NCBI GenBank assembly: GCA_027064265.1
Contig: JAMOQA010000552.1
Span: 1 to 28,749 of the forward strand
Reading direction: 5' to 3'
Length of the DNA stretch: 28,749 bases
Source: Acidobacteriota bacterium
GTDB lineage: Bacteria > Acidobacteriota > Polarisedimenticolia > J045
This document shows, piece after piece, positions 15,939-25,474 of the stretch (position 1 is the first letter of the stretch; the number at the start of each line of letters is the position of its first letter). The position numbers and the translations under genes are program-made. Under the pieces are notes generated by a model. The model did not search any database, was not told the DNA's origin, and worked only from the letters and a program-made list of their open reading frames with translations.

Positions 15939-18900
15939 CTACGGGAGGGTGCCGGCGCGGAGGTCCAGGTAGCGGACCTTCCCTTCCTTCTCGTTCGAGA
16001 GCACCACGTGCCCCGGGTCGAGGATCCGCGGGAGCGAGTCCCACTGGGCGTTCCCCGACGATCCGTCGTCGGTGAAGCTGGTCCGGAGCACCCACGCGCT
16101 CCCGTCCCACGTGTAGGCCCGCAGCTCCACCGCGTCCTGCCCGACGGTCTCCACCTCGAACCGCACCCGCCAGGGCGGATCCCCGAGGTCCCCTTCCCAG
16201 GGCGCCACGGACCCGGCCTTGACCCCGTTCACGTACTTGTTGAACCGGATCGTGTCCCGGCCCGAGGCCGCCTCGACCTTGCAGCGATAGGACGTATGGG
16301 TGTTCCCCGTGCCGGAGGCACGGAGCCCGAACGTGAAGTCGTAGTCCGGGTCGCCCGGCGTCTCCGGCTCGATGGAAACGACGACGAACGAGTCGGCCGC
16401 GGCGATCGTCACCCCCGTCTGGACCCGCGCGAACGAGCCGGCCTCCGGGTGGACCGCCGTCCGGTTCTCGAGGAGGAAGTACTCGCCGGAGGGGGCCGAG
16501 GGCTCGGACAGGGCTGGCGCCCACAGCTTCCCCCCGAGGTCCAGGTTGTCCGGGGACGCCGGGCGGACGAGGTCCGGTCCCTCGAACCCGTCCACCAGGG
16601 TAACCGTCCCGCCGTGCGCCCCGGAGGCCCCGTCGTCCCCGGGCAACGGCACCGCGTCGAACGCCTTCGAGGGCGACTCCTCCGACCAGCCGCTCTCGTC
16701 CCGGTAGGAGACCCGGGCGTAGAGGGTGCCGCCCTCTTCCGGGTGATCGTAGAGGGCCCGCACCTCGGTGAGCGGGGGCTCGACCACCGTCACGTCCCAG
16801 ATCACGTGGGCGTCGAAGTCCGCCCCCCCGGCCGTGGAGATCCGCCAGCGGGACGCCTGGTGCGTTCCGGTGCCCCCGTACTCCGAGCCGACCAGCCAGG
16901 CCCCGAACGCATGCACCGCCTTGACGATCGTCACCGACGGGCGCTCGCTCGGCTCGCACGCATCCCCCGTGCCGTCGCCGTCCGAGTCCTGCTGGTCCGC
17001 GTTGGGCACGCTCGGGCAGTTGTCGTCGGTGTCCGGCACGCCGTCATTGTCGTCGTCCGGGTCGCACGCGTCGCCGGAACCGTCCCCGTCCAGGTCCTCC
17101 TGGCCCGGGTTCGACATCGTCGGGCAATTGTCGTCGGCGTCCGGCACGCCGTCATTGTCGTCGTCCGGGTCGCACGCGTCGCCGGAACCGTCCCCGTCCA
17201 GGTCCTCCTGGCCCGGGTTCGATACCGTCGGGCAATTGTCGTCGGCATCCGGAACCCCGTCACCGTCCGCGTCGGGGAACTCGCAGGCGTCCCCCGTCCC
17301 GTCGCCGTCGCTGTCGGCCTGGTCCGGGTTCGCGACCCGGGGACAGTTGTCGTCCCCGTCGTTCACGCCGTCCCCGTCGTCGTCCGGGTCGCACGCGTCA
17401 CCCGAGCCGTCCCCGTCGAGATCGGCCTGGTCCGGGTTCGCGACCCGGGGACAGTTGTCGTCGGCGTCGTCCACGCCGTCGCCGTCGTCGTCCGGATCAC
17501 AGGCATCGCCCGAGCCGTCCCCGTCCAGGTCCTCCTGGCCCGGGTTCGACACCGTCGGGCAGTTGTCGTCGGCATCCGGAACCCCGTCACCGTCCGCGTC
17601 CTGGACGTCCTCGCACGCGTCCCCCGTCCCGTCCCGGTCGCCGTCCGCCTGGTCCGGGTTCGCGACCGAGGGACAGTTGTCCACCCGGTCCCGCACGCCG
17701 TCCCCGTCGGAATCGGGACAGTCGTCGGGCCCCGGGCGCGGCGTGCCGTCGGAGTGGTTCCCCAGGGTCCCCTCGCCGAAACAGTTCTGCGCGGCGACCA
17801 GGTAGTAGAAGATCTCCCCGGCGGCCGGCTCCGCCCCGTCGTGGCTCTCGGGCGTCGCCAGGTCGAGCTCGTGGCAGGTGAGTCCCCAGGTGAACGGGGT
17901 CCGCGTGCGGCCCTTGTAGACGTCGTAGGACTGGGCCTCGGGGATCTCGTCCCACGAGATCGTCTCCTTGTCGGCGGCGAGGGTCACGGTCGGCGGCAGC
18001 TCGCCCGGGACGCCGTGGACGTTGCCGTCGCCGGGCGCGCAGTCACAGGCGTCCCCGACCCCGTCCCCGTCCGTGTCGGCCTGGTCGGCGTTCGCGTCCG
18101 CGGGGCAGTTGTCCACGTCGCCGCAGACGCCGTCGTCGTCCGCGTCGTTCTCCGGGTCGAGCGGGCACGCATCGCAGGCGTCTCCCACGCCGTCCCCGTC
18201 GCCGTCCTCCTGGCCGGGGTTCTCGACCCGCGGGCAGTTGTCCACGGTATCGTCGATGGCGTCCCCGTCGTCGTCCGGGTCGCAGGCGTCGCCCGAGCCG
18301 TCCCGGTCCAGGTCCGCCTGGTCGGCGTTCTCGTCGCCGGGACAGTTGTCGACCAGGTCCCGGACCCCGTCGCCATCCTCGTCGGGACAGCCGTCCGGAC
18401 CGGGCCGCGCACCACCGTCGGACGCGACCCCCAGGGAACCCTCCCCGAAGCAGTTCTTCGCCGAGACCAGGTAGTAGAAGAGCTCGCCGATCGCCGGCTC
18501 GAACGAGTCCTCGCTCGCCGTCCCGTCCACGTCGAGGTCGTGGCAGGTGTGCCGGTACTCGAAGCTTCCCCGCACCCGCCCCTTGTAGACCTCGTAGACC
18601 TCGGCGTCGGCCGCCGGGTCCCACAGCAGGGTCACCCGGTCGCCCGCGAACCGAACGGTCGGCCCGAGTTCCTCCGGGATGCCGTGGATGTTCCCGTCGT
18701 TCGGCGCGCAGTCGCAGGCGTCGCCGAGCCCGTCGGCGTCGGCGTCCTCCTGGCCGGGGTTCGCGTCGTCCGGGCAGTTGTCCACGTCCCCGCAGACACC
18801 GTCGTCGTCCGCGTCGTTCTGCGGATCGGCCGGACAGCTGTCGCAGGCGTCCCCCGTCCCGTCACCGTCGCCGTCCTCCTGGCCCGCGTTCGCCGCGCGG

Positions 18901-20654
18901 GGACAGTTGTCGACGTCGTCCGCGATGCCGTCCCCGTCGTCGTCCGGGTCGCAGGCGTCGCCCGAGCCGTCCCCGTCCAGGTCCGCCTGGTCCGGGTTCG
19001 CCACGTCGGGACAGTTGTCGGCGTCCTGGCAGACCCCGTCGCCGTCCGCGTCACCGCCATGGGCCGCGCACGCGTCGGCCAGGAGCTGCCAGGCGGCGTA
19101 CGCGTCGACCAGCCCCTCGCCGGAGACCGTGTCGAACCCGGGCTCTCCCAGGTCCTCCGCGCTCCCGAAGAGGACCTCGGCGATGCGGGCCGGGCTCGCC
19201 GTCCCGTCGGCGTCGAGCAGCAGGGCGACGATCCCGCCGAGGTGGGCGGCCGCCGCGCCCGTGCCGTCGACGCGGCCGTACCCGCCACCGAGCCGGGTGG
19301 ACGTCGACCCGTCGCCGCAGGCGGCCAGGTCCGGCTTGAGCAGTCCCTGCTCCGCGCCGTTGCGGAACGGGTAGTCCCGGTACTCCTCCGGCATGTCGTA
19401 CGGGTAGGCGTCGTCGACCTCGCCCCTGATGTCGGTCCACTCGGCAGGCCCGCGGGAACTCTTCCGCGCGACCTGGTCGGTGGCGACGTCGAGGTTCGCC
19501 GCGGCGAGCGCGCCGGAGAGCCCGCCGACCAGGGTCTGCGCATCGTGGAGCCGCGGGGGGGGACAGTTTCCCGGGGTATCCACGTTGTACGGGACCGGGT
19601 TCTTCCCGAGCTTCTGGCCCTGGTCCCCCGCCCCGGCGACCAGGAGCTTGCCCGCCGCCAGGACGGAGTCGGTCGCCTGCCGCCACGAGGCGTAGTCCGG
19701 GCGAGGATCATCCGCCCAGGACTCGCCGTCGCCGACGACGATCACGTCCGCCCCGTTGTCGAGGGCGTACTGGACCGCCTCGAGCATGTCGGCCTCGGAG
19801 TCCCCGACCCGCAGCGCCATCAGCCGGGCCCCGGGCGCCGCCCCGGTCGCGGTCCCCGACGTCCCGTCCCCCACGATCAGCCCCGCGAGCAGCGTCCCGT
19901 GCCCGTTCTCGTCCTGGGGATCCCCGTCGTCGTCGACGAAGTCATAGCCGTGAACGTCGTCGACGTAACCGTTTCCGTCGTTGTCGAAGTGGTCGCCACC
20001 CCACTCGTCGAGGTTGGTCCAGAGACGGCCAGAGAGGTCCGGGTGGGTGAGGTCCACACCGGTGTCGATCAGCGCGACGACGACTCCGTCGCCGTTCACC
20101 CCCTCGTCCCACACCTCGGGCACGCGCATCCGCTGGAGCGCGGTGGTCACGTCCGTTGCCGTGGAGTCGGCCTCCGCCGCGGTCTCCGGCGCCGCGGGCG
20201 CCGACGGGGACGAGGGAACGATCTCGCGGTCCCGGCGGACGCCCCGCACCCCGGGCCACGCGGCGACCCGCTCGAACGCGTCCGGCGCCAGGTCGACCCG
20301 GATCGCCCCCGCGACCCACAGCAGCCGCGCCCCCCGGGCGAGGCCCTGCTCCTCGAGGCGGGCGAGGCGCCCGAGCACCGGCGCCGCCGCCTCGCGCCAG
20401 GCTTCCCGGGACGGAACCCCGGTTCCCGCCGACCGTTCCAGGAGCACCAGGGCGGGAACCAGTGACGTCTCCGACGACGGAGGCGCGCCGCCGGGGACAC
20501 GCCCTCCCCGTGCCGCCGGTGCCAGGAGGGCGAGCAGCAGGGTGACGATGGCGATCGCGGGGGAGACCCGCGGGACCCCGGAGCGCGTGCTGACGATGAC
20601 CGTTCCCTCCCACCCCGACGGGGCGCTCGCCCCAGCGACCGATGCCGCGCCCAT
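15939..20654 (-). CDS. Large secreted S8 subtilase homologue (probably catalytically inactive) with thrombospondin type-3 repeats, two FN3-like Cys-containing modules and C-terminal beta-sandwich domains
   Basis: Signal-like '[18 protein letters not shown]'; prodomain-like region; 'ALIDTGVD' (Asp); 'NGHGTLLAG' (His); 'AGAGD' and '[12 protein letters not shown]' where AGN and GTSM are expected; many 'DGDG..D..DNCP...NPDQ.D.DGDG.GDACD' repeats. Start set at the ATG at 20654; a later start is possible. Confidence 0.88.
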   Translation of the reverse strand: MGAASVAGASAPSGWEGTVIVSTRSGVPRVSPAIAIVTLLLALLAPAARGGRVPGGAPPSSETSLVPALVLLERSAGTGVPSREAWREAAAPVLGRLARLEEQGLARGARLLWVAGAIRVDLAPDAFERVAAWPGVRGVRRDREIVPSSPSAPAAPETAAEADSTATDVTTALQRMRVPEVWDEGVNGDGVVVALIDTGVDLTHPDLSGRLWTNLDEWGGDHFDNDGNGYVDDVHGYDFVDDDGDPQDENGHGTLLAGLIVGDGTSGTATGAAPGARLMALRVGDSEADMLEAVQYALDNGADVIVVGDGESWADDPRPDYASWRQATDSVLAAGKLLVAGAGDQGQKLGKNPVPYNVDTPGNCPPPRLHDAQTLVGGLSGALAAANLDVATDQVARKSSRGPAEWTDIRGEVDDAYPYDMPEEYRDYPFRNGAEQGLLKPDLAACGDGSTSTRLGGGYGRVDGTGAAAAHLGGIVALLLDADGTASPARIAEVLFGSAEDLGEPGFDTVSGEGLVDAYAAWQLLADACAAHGGDADGDGVCQDADNCPDVANPDQADLDGDGSGDACDPDDDGDGIADDVDNCPRAANAGQEDGDGDGTGDACDSCPADPQNDADDDGVCGDVDNCPDDANPGQEDADADGLGDACDCAPNDGNIHGIPEELGPTVRFAGDRVTLLWDPAADAEVYEVYKGRVRGSFEYRHTCHDLDVDGTASEDSFEPAIGELFYYLVSAKNCFGEGSLGVASDGGARPGPDGCPDEDGDGVRDLVDNCPGDENADQADLDRDGSGDACDPDDDGDAIDDTVDNCPRVENPGQEDGDGDGVGDACDACPLDPENDADDDGVCGDVDNCPADANADQADTDGDGVGDACDCAPGDGNVHGVPGELPPTVTLAADKETISWDEIPEAQSYDVYKGRTRTPFTWGLTCHELDLATPESHDGAEPAAGEIFYYLVAAQNCFGEGTLGNHSDGTPRPGPDDCPDSDGDGVRDRVDNCPSVANPDQADGDRDGTGDACEDVQDADGDGVPDADDNCPTVSNPGQEDLDGDGSGDACDPDDDGDGVDDADDNCPRVANPDQADLDGDGSGDACDPDDDGDGVNDGDDNCPRVANPDQADSDGDGTGDACEFPDADGDGVPDADDNCPTVSNPGQEDLDGDGSGDACDPDDDNDGVPDADDNCPTMSNPGQEDLDGDGSGDACDPDDDNDGVPDTDDNCPSVPNADQQDSDGDGTGDACEPSERPSVTIVKAVHAFGAWLVGSEYGGTGTHQASRWRISTAGGADFDAHVIWDVTVVEPPLTEVRALYDHPEEGGTLYARVSYRDESGWSEESPSKAFDAVPLPGDDGASGAHGGTVTLVDGFEGPDLVRPASPDNLDLGGKLWAPALSEPSAPSGEYFLLENRTAVHPEAGSFARVQTGVTIAAADSFVVVSIEPETPGDPDYDFTFGLRASGTGNTHTSYRCKVEAASGRDTIRFNKYVNGVKAGSVAPWEGDLGDPPWRVRFEVETVGQDAVELRAYTWDGSAWVLRTSFTDDGSSGNAQWDSLPRILDPGHVVLSNEKEGKVRYLDLRAGTLP
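16960..19060 (-). repeat. Intragenic thrombospondin type-3 (Ca-binding) repeat arrays in three blocks
   Basis: 13 'DNCP'-containing units plus two short 'CP' units by manual count; 108-bp periodicity at DNA level in the last block. Boundaries are approximate. Confidence 0.9.
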
Positions 20655-20769
20655 GGTACGGAGCCCCCCGTGGCGGTTCAACGAAAAGATGGGGCGGAAG
20701 GGAAGAACACGCCCGCCCGCGGGAGGACCCTTGCCACGGATCGTCCGCTCCTGTCCACGAGCGTTTGCT

Positions 20770-21366
20770 TCAGGAAGGAGCGCCCCCTGGCACCAGGTCC
20801 CGCGGGTCGATCCCCGCCTCGCGGAGCGCCCGGGACCACGCCGCCTCCGGCGGCACGTCGAACAGGTACGAGGCGTGGGCGGCGAGCGGCACCCAGGCCC
20901 CGGCCGCCAGCTCCGCCTCGAGTTGTCCCGGCGCCCACCCGGCATAGCCCAGGTAGCACCGGAACCGGGCGCCGGGCCGCCCGGCCAGCCGCTCGAGCCC
21001 CGCCCGGGCGACCACCAGCCGGATCCCCGGCGCGACGAGCAGCTCGTCGTCGCCGTCCTCGGCGAACAGGGGGTCCTCGCCGTGGAGGACCAGCAGGTGG
21101 CGGTCCGCCTCCACGGGGCCACCGATCATCACCCGGGCGTCCGGGTCCCCCTCGTAGGGGATCTCCTGGCCCTCGCACAACTCGGCGACGGTGAGGGGCC
21201 CCGGCCGGTTGATCACGAGCCCGAACGCTCCCTGTTCGTTGCTCCTGACCAGGAAGACCACCGTCCGCTGGAAGTTCGGGTCCTGGAGCTGGGGCATCGC
21301 CGCGATGAACCCCGGTGCGAGTCCCTCGTCGATGCGCGGCCGGCCGTCTCCGCCGGGGCCGGTCAT
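20770..21366 (-). CDS. yqgE: YqgE/AlgH family protein (UPF0301)
   Basis: '[17 protein letters not shown]', '[10 protein letters not shown]', 'GGPVE', '[15 protein letters not shown]'; ATGA overlap with gpmI. Confidence 0.92.
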   Translation of the reverse strand: MTGPGGDGRPRIDEGLAPGFIAAMPQLQDPNFQRTVVFLVRSNEQGAFGLVINRPGPLTVAELCEGQEIPYEGDPDARVMIGGPVEADRHLLVLHGEDPLFAEDGDDELLVAPGIRLVVARAGLERLAGRPGARFRCYLGYAGWAPGQLEAELAAGAWVPLAAHASYLFDVPPEAAWSRALREAGIDPRDLVPGGAPS

Positions 21367-23039
21367 CCGTCCACCTCCAGGAGGCTCGGCTCGAACGGTT
21401 CCGGGGGGACGTACCCGAGCAGCGTGACGATGGTCGGGGCCACGTTGGCGAGTCCCGGCGTCGCGATCCCCTCGCGCAGGCGGAACCTGCGGCCCGAGAA
21501 GTCGAGGACGGAGAAGGCCACCGGGTTCAGCGTGTGGCTGGTCCGGGGCTTCGGACGCCCGTCCGGGCCCCGTTTCGGCCGGCCCTCGGCGTCGCGTTCC
21601 ACCATGTCGTCGGCGTTCCCGTGGTCGGCGGTGACGATCAGCACGCCCCGCGCCTCCTCCACCACGGGGAGGATCCGGGAGAGCGCCAGGTCGACCGACT
21701 GCACGGCGAGGACGGCGGCGTCCAGGTTGCCGGTGTGACCCACCATGTCGCCACCGGCGAAGTTGACCCGCAGGAAGCGGAAACGACCCCCCCGGACCGC
21801 GTCGATCAGCACGTCCGCGGTCTGCGCGGACTTCATCCACGGCCGCTCGTCGAACGGCACCTGGTCCGACGGGATCTCCACGTACTCCTCGAGGACGGGG
21901 TCGAACTTGCCGGACCGATTGCCGTTCCAGAAGTACGTCACGTGGCCGAACTTCTGGGTCTCCGCGGCGGCGAACTGGGGCACGCCGTTCCGGGCCAGGT
22001 ACTCCGAGAGGGTCTTCTGCACCGCCGGTGGCGGGACCAGGTAGCGGTGCGGGATCCCGAGGTCGCCGTCGTAGAGCATCATGCCGGCGAACAGGACGTC
22101 GGGGCGGCGCACCCGGTCGAACTTGTCGAACTCGTCCCCTTCCTCGAACGCGCGGGAGAGCTCGATCGCCCGGTCTCCCCGGAAGTTGAAGAGGATCACC
22201 GCGTCGCCGTCCTCGATCGGCCCGACCGGCTTCCCGTCCTCCCCGACGATCGTGAAGGCCGGCAGGTACTGGTCGATGATGCCGGGTTCCTCCTGCCGGA
22301 AGGTCTCGATCGCCTCCCGGGCCGACCGGAACGGCCGCGCGTCCCCGAGCACGTGAGCGTGCCAGCCCCGCTCGACGATCGACCAGTCCGCCTCGTACCG
22401 GTCCATCGTGACGACCATCCGGCCCCCGCCGGAGGCGATCCGGTAGTCCCGGTCTCCCTTCCCGCGGATCTCCGCGAGGACCTCCTCGAGCCGATCGACG
22501 TAGGTGAGCGCCGAGGTCTCCGGCACGTCCCGACCGTCGAGCAGGATGTGAACGTAGACCCGCGGGAGCCCCTCCTCGTCGGCACGGCGCAGGAGGGCGT
22601 GGAGATGCTTCTCGTGGGAGTGGACGTTCCCGTCGGAGAGCAGCCCGATGAGATGGAGGGCGCCTCCCGTCCGGTGGAGCCGCTCGACGATCTCGGCCCA
22701 GGCCCCCTTCCAGATCTCGCCGGTCTCGATGGCCCGGTCGACCAGCTTCGCCCCCTGGTCGAACACCCGGCCGGCCCCGAGGATGTTGTGCCCGACCTCG
22801 GAGTTCCCCATGTCCCTGTCGCTCGGCAGGCCGACCGCGGTCCCGTGGGCCTTGAGCCGGGTGGTCCATCCTTCGCGCCGCACCCGGTCGATGGTCGGCG
22901 TCCGGGCGAGGGCCACGGCGTCGAACTCGTCCCCGGGGCCGATCCCGACCCCGTCCAGGATCACCAGCACCACCGGACCCGCCGGCGGCTCGATGCGGGG
23001 GTCCCGCGAAAGCCGGAAGTCCTCGTCCCGCGCGGTCAT
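21363..23039 (-). CDS. gpmI: 2,3-bisphosphoglycerate-independent phosphoglycerate mutase
   Basis: 'LVILDGVG', catalytic 'MGNSEVGH', 'GLLSDGNVHSH', 'LDGRDV', 'NFRGDR', 'ETQKFGHVT', 'DMVGHTG', 'TADHGNAD' and 'SHT'; AGGAGGAG RBS. Confidence 0.97.
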   Translation of the reverse strand: MTARDEDFRLSRDPRIEPPAGPVVLVILDGVGIGPGDEFDAVALARTPTIDRVRREGWTTRLKAHGTAVGLPSDRDMGNSEVGHNILGAGRVFDQGAKLVDRAIETGEIWKGAWAEIVERLHRTGGALHLIGLLSDGNVHSHEKHLHALLRRADEEGLPRVYVHILLDGRDVPETSALTYVDRLEEVLAEIRGKGDRDYRIASGGGRMVVTMDRYEADWSIVERGWHAHVLGDARPFRSAREAIETFRQEEPGIIDQYLPAFTIVGEDGKPVGPIEDGDAVILFNFRGDRAIELSRAFEEGDEFDKFDRVRRPDVLFAGMMLYDGDLGIPHRYLVPPPAVQKTLSEYLARNGVPQFAAAETQKFGHVTYFWNGNRSGKFDPVLEEYVEIPSDQVPFDERPWMKSAQTADVLIDAVRGGRFRFLRVNFAGGDMVGHTGNLDAAVLAVQSVDLALSRILPVVEEARGVLIVTADHGNADDMVERDAEGRPKRGPDGRPKPRTSHTLNPVAFSVLDFSGRRFRLREGIATPGLANVAPTIVTLLGYVPPEPFEPSLLEVDG

Positions 23040-23102
23040 CTGCTCCTCCTTCCCGGCCCGGCGCCCTCCGGCAGCCGCATTACCGACCCCCGGGGTCCCG
23101 AT

Positions 23103-23132
23103 TTGCCGGTCCCCGGGCCCGCCGCTAGTCTA
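23103..23132 (+). promoter_or_regulatory. Putative sigma70 promoter for the dsbA-like gene, overlapping an opposite-strand -10 for gpmI
   Basis: TTGCCG (23103-23108)-N17-TAGTCT (23126-23131) on +; TAGACT (23127-23132) on -. Confidence 0.5.
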
Positions 23133-23197
23133 AGGCGTCCGGGCCCGCGGGGGCGACGCTCGCCGCGCCCCGTGCCGGCCGTTTCCCTGGAGAGTCC

Positions 23198-24232
23198 ATG
23201 ATGACACCGACACGTTCCCTCTCGCTCTTCCTCGTTCTCGCCCTCCTGGCAATTTCCCCGGTTCTCGCCGGCACCCCGGCGAAGGACGGCGACGTGGTCG
23301 CGGTCGTCGGCGACCGGTCGATCACCCGGGCGGAGCTGACCGAGGCCGCCGCCAGCGAGCTGCAGAAGCTGCGCCAGCAGGAGTACGAGATCCTCAAGCA
23401 GACCCTCGACCGGATCGTCGTGGACCACCTCCTCGAGGTGGCGGCGAAGAAGGAGGGGAAGACCCTCGACCAGTACCTGCAGGACCACGTCGACTCGAAG
23501 GTCACCGAGCCGACCGAGGACGAGATCAGGCAGACCTACGAGAAGTACAAGAGCAAGCTGCGGGGCCAGACCCTCGAGCAGGCGAAGCCGCGGATCGTCG
23601 ACTTCCTCAAGCGGCAGCAGAGCCAGCGCCTCTTCGAGGACCTGGTCGCCTCCCTGAAGAAGGGCACGAAGGTGCAGGTGCTCCTCGAGCCGCCGCGGAT
23701 CGACGTCTCGCCGGACGACGACCCCGCCGAGGGGCCGGCGGACGCCCCGGTGACGATCGTCGCGTTCTCCGACTACCAGTGCCCGTTCTGTGGCCGGGCC
23801 GAGCGGACGATCGCCCGGGTCCTCGAGAACTACAAGGGGAAGGTCCGGTACGTCTTCCGCGACTTCCCGCTCGGTTTCCACCAGCACGCGATGGACGCCG
23901 CCCAGGCCGCCGGCTGCGTCTACGAGCTGGGAGGCAACGACAAGTACTGGGCCTACCACGAGAAGCTGTTCCAGAACCAGCACTCCCTCGACAGGGACAG
24001 CCTCGTGAAGTTCGCCGGCGAGGTCGGCGTCGACCAGGCGAAGTTCAAGGAGTGCCTCGAGTCGGGCCGCCGCCAGGCCGAGATCGAGAAGGACGTCGAG
24101 GCCGGCAAGCGGGCGGGCGTCACCGGGACCCCGGCGTTCTTCGTCAACGGCCGGATGATCTCCGGCGCCCAGCCGTACGAGACCTTCCAGGAGGTGATCG
24201 ACGACGAGCTGGCCCGCAAGCAGGCGAAGTGA
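23198..24232 (+). CDS. DsbA/thioredoxin-fold oxidoreductase with an N-terminal SurA-like helical domain
   Basis: Signal peptide; helical N-domain; 'APVTIVAFSDYQCPFC', 'FRDFPL', and 'GVTGTPAFFVNGR..SGAQP' with the cis-Pro motif. Confidence 0.88.
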   Translation: MMTPTRSLSLFLVLALLAISPVLAGTPAKDGDVVAVVGDRSITRAELTEAAASELQKLRQQEYEILKQTLDRIVVDHLLEVAAKKEGKTLDQYLQDHVDSKVTEPTEDEIRQTYEKYKSKLRGQTLEQAKPRIVDFLKRQQSQRLFEDLVASLKKGTKVQVLLEPPRIDVSPDDDPAEGPADAPVTIVAFSDYQCPFCGRAERTIARVLENYKGKVRYVFRDFPLGFHQHAMDAAQAAGCVYELGGNDKYWAYHEKLFQNQHSLDRDSLVKFAGEVGVDQAKFKECLESGRRQAEIEKDVEAGKRAGVTGTPAFFVNGRMISGAQPYETFQEVIDDELARKQAK

Positions 24233-24243
24233 TCCACCGGAGG

Positions 24244-24268
24244 ACGCGGCGCCCCGGCGCCGCGTTTT
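24244..24268 (+). terminator. Rho-independent terminator after the dsbA-like gene
   Basis: acgcggcgcc-cc-ggcgccgcgt followed by ttt, 11 nt after the stop codon. Confidence 0.7.
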
Positions 24269-24376
24269 CCCGGCCCGGGAGACTGACTGGATTTCTTCAC
24301 CGGTAAGTCAGCCCGACCCTGTCCCGCGCCCCGACGGGCCGTGTAGGATCCCGGCGCCACCCGAGGACGAACGACG

Positions 24377-25474
24377 ATGCCACGGAAGATCGTGCAGAGG
24401 TTCCAGGTGCCCTTCCTCCAGGTGCTGGACGAGAAGGGCAAGGTCGACCCGAAGCTGGACCCGGGTCTTCCCGACGAGGACCTGGTCCGGCTCTACGAGG
24501 CGATGATCCTCGCCCGGGAGGCGGACCAGCGCATGCTGCGCCTCCAGCGCCAGGGCCGGATCGGCACGTTCGGACCGGCGACCGGCCAGGAGGCGGCGTC
24601 GGTCGGTCCCGCCCTGGCGATGGGGCCCCGGGACTGGCTCGTCCCCTCCTTCCGGGAGATGGGGGCGATGCTGATGCGGGGGATCCCCCTCTCGACGATC
24701 CTGCTCTACTGGGGCGGCTGGGAGGAGGGGAACGTCTTCCCCGAGGAGGCCCGCACCCTCCCGATCGCGGTGATCCTGGCGAGCCAGGTCCCCCACGCGG
24801 TCGGCCTCGCCTACGCGGAACGGTTGCGGGGCGAGGACGCGGCGGTGGTCGCCTTTTTCGGGGACGGCTCGACCTCCGAGGGCGACTTCCACGAGGCCCT
24901 GAACTTCGCGGCCGTCTGGAAGGCGCCGGTGGTCTTCGTCTGCCAGAACAACCAGTGGGCGATCTCGACTCCGTTCGAGAAGCAGACCGCCTCGGAGACG
25001 ATCGCCCAGAAGGCGATCGCCTACGGGATGCCCGGGATCCGGGTCGACGGCAACGACCCCCTCGCCACGTACGTGGCGGTCCGCGACGCCCTCGCGCGGG
25101 CGCGGGCCGGCGAGGGGCCGACGCTCGTCGAGGCGCTGACCTACCGCCTGATGATGCACACGACGGCGGACGACCCGACCAGGTACCGCAGCGACGAGCA
25201 GGTGAAGCCGTGGCAGCGGCGCGACCCCCTGGTCCGCACCCGCCTGCTCCTCGAGAAGAGGAAGCTGTGGGACGACGAGCGGGAGGCGGAGCTGCGCGCC
25301 CGCTGCAAGGAGACGATCGACGAGGCGGTGAAGGCGTACGAGACCTGGAAGCCGCCCCGGCCGGACGTGCCGTTCGACCGGGTGTACGCGACGCCCCCCG
25401 CCGAGCTCGAGGCCCAGCGGAAGGAGTTCCTCGCCTCCCTGCCGGGGGCGGACGCCGGGAAGGGGGTGGATTGA
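24377..25474 (+). CDS. pdhA: 2-oxoacid (pyruvate or branched-chain) dehydrogenase E1 alpha
   Basis: 'LQRQGRIGTF...GQEA', TPP motif 'GDGSTSEGDFHEALNFA...QNNQWAIS', 'YRL..HTTADDPTRYR'. Substrate specificity cannot be determined from motifs alone. Confidence 0.92.
   Translation: MPRKIVQRFQVPFLQVLDEKGKVDPKLDPGLPDEDLVRLYEAMILAREADQRMLRLQRQGRIGTFGPATGQEAASVGPALAMGPRDWLVPSFREMGAMLMRGIPLSTILLYWGGWEEGNVFPEEARTLPIAVILASQVPHAVGLAYAERLRGEDAAVVAFFGDGSTSEGDFHEALNFAAVWKAPVVFVCQNNQWAISTPFEKQTASETIAQKAIAYGMPGIRVDGNDPLATYVAVRDALARARAGEGPTLVEALTYRLMMHTTADDPTRYRSDEQVKPWQRRDPLVRTRLLLEKRKLWDDEREAELRARCKETIDEAVKAYETWKPPRPDVPFDRVYATPPAELEAQRKEFLASLPGADAGKGVD

Noticed and set aside
15852-20465. 1537-aa + strand ORF with Val-rich repeats
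   Set aside because: Antisense to the S8/TSP3 gene; its repeats simply mirror the Asp-rich GAC codons (GTC on the opposite strand).
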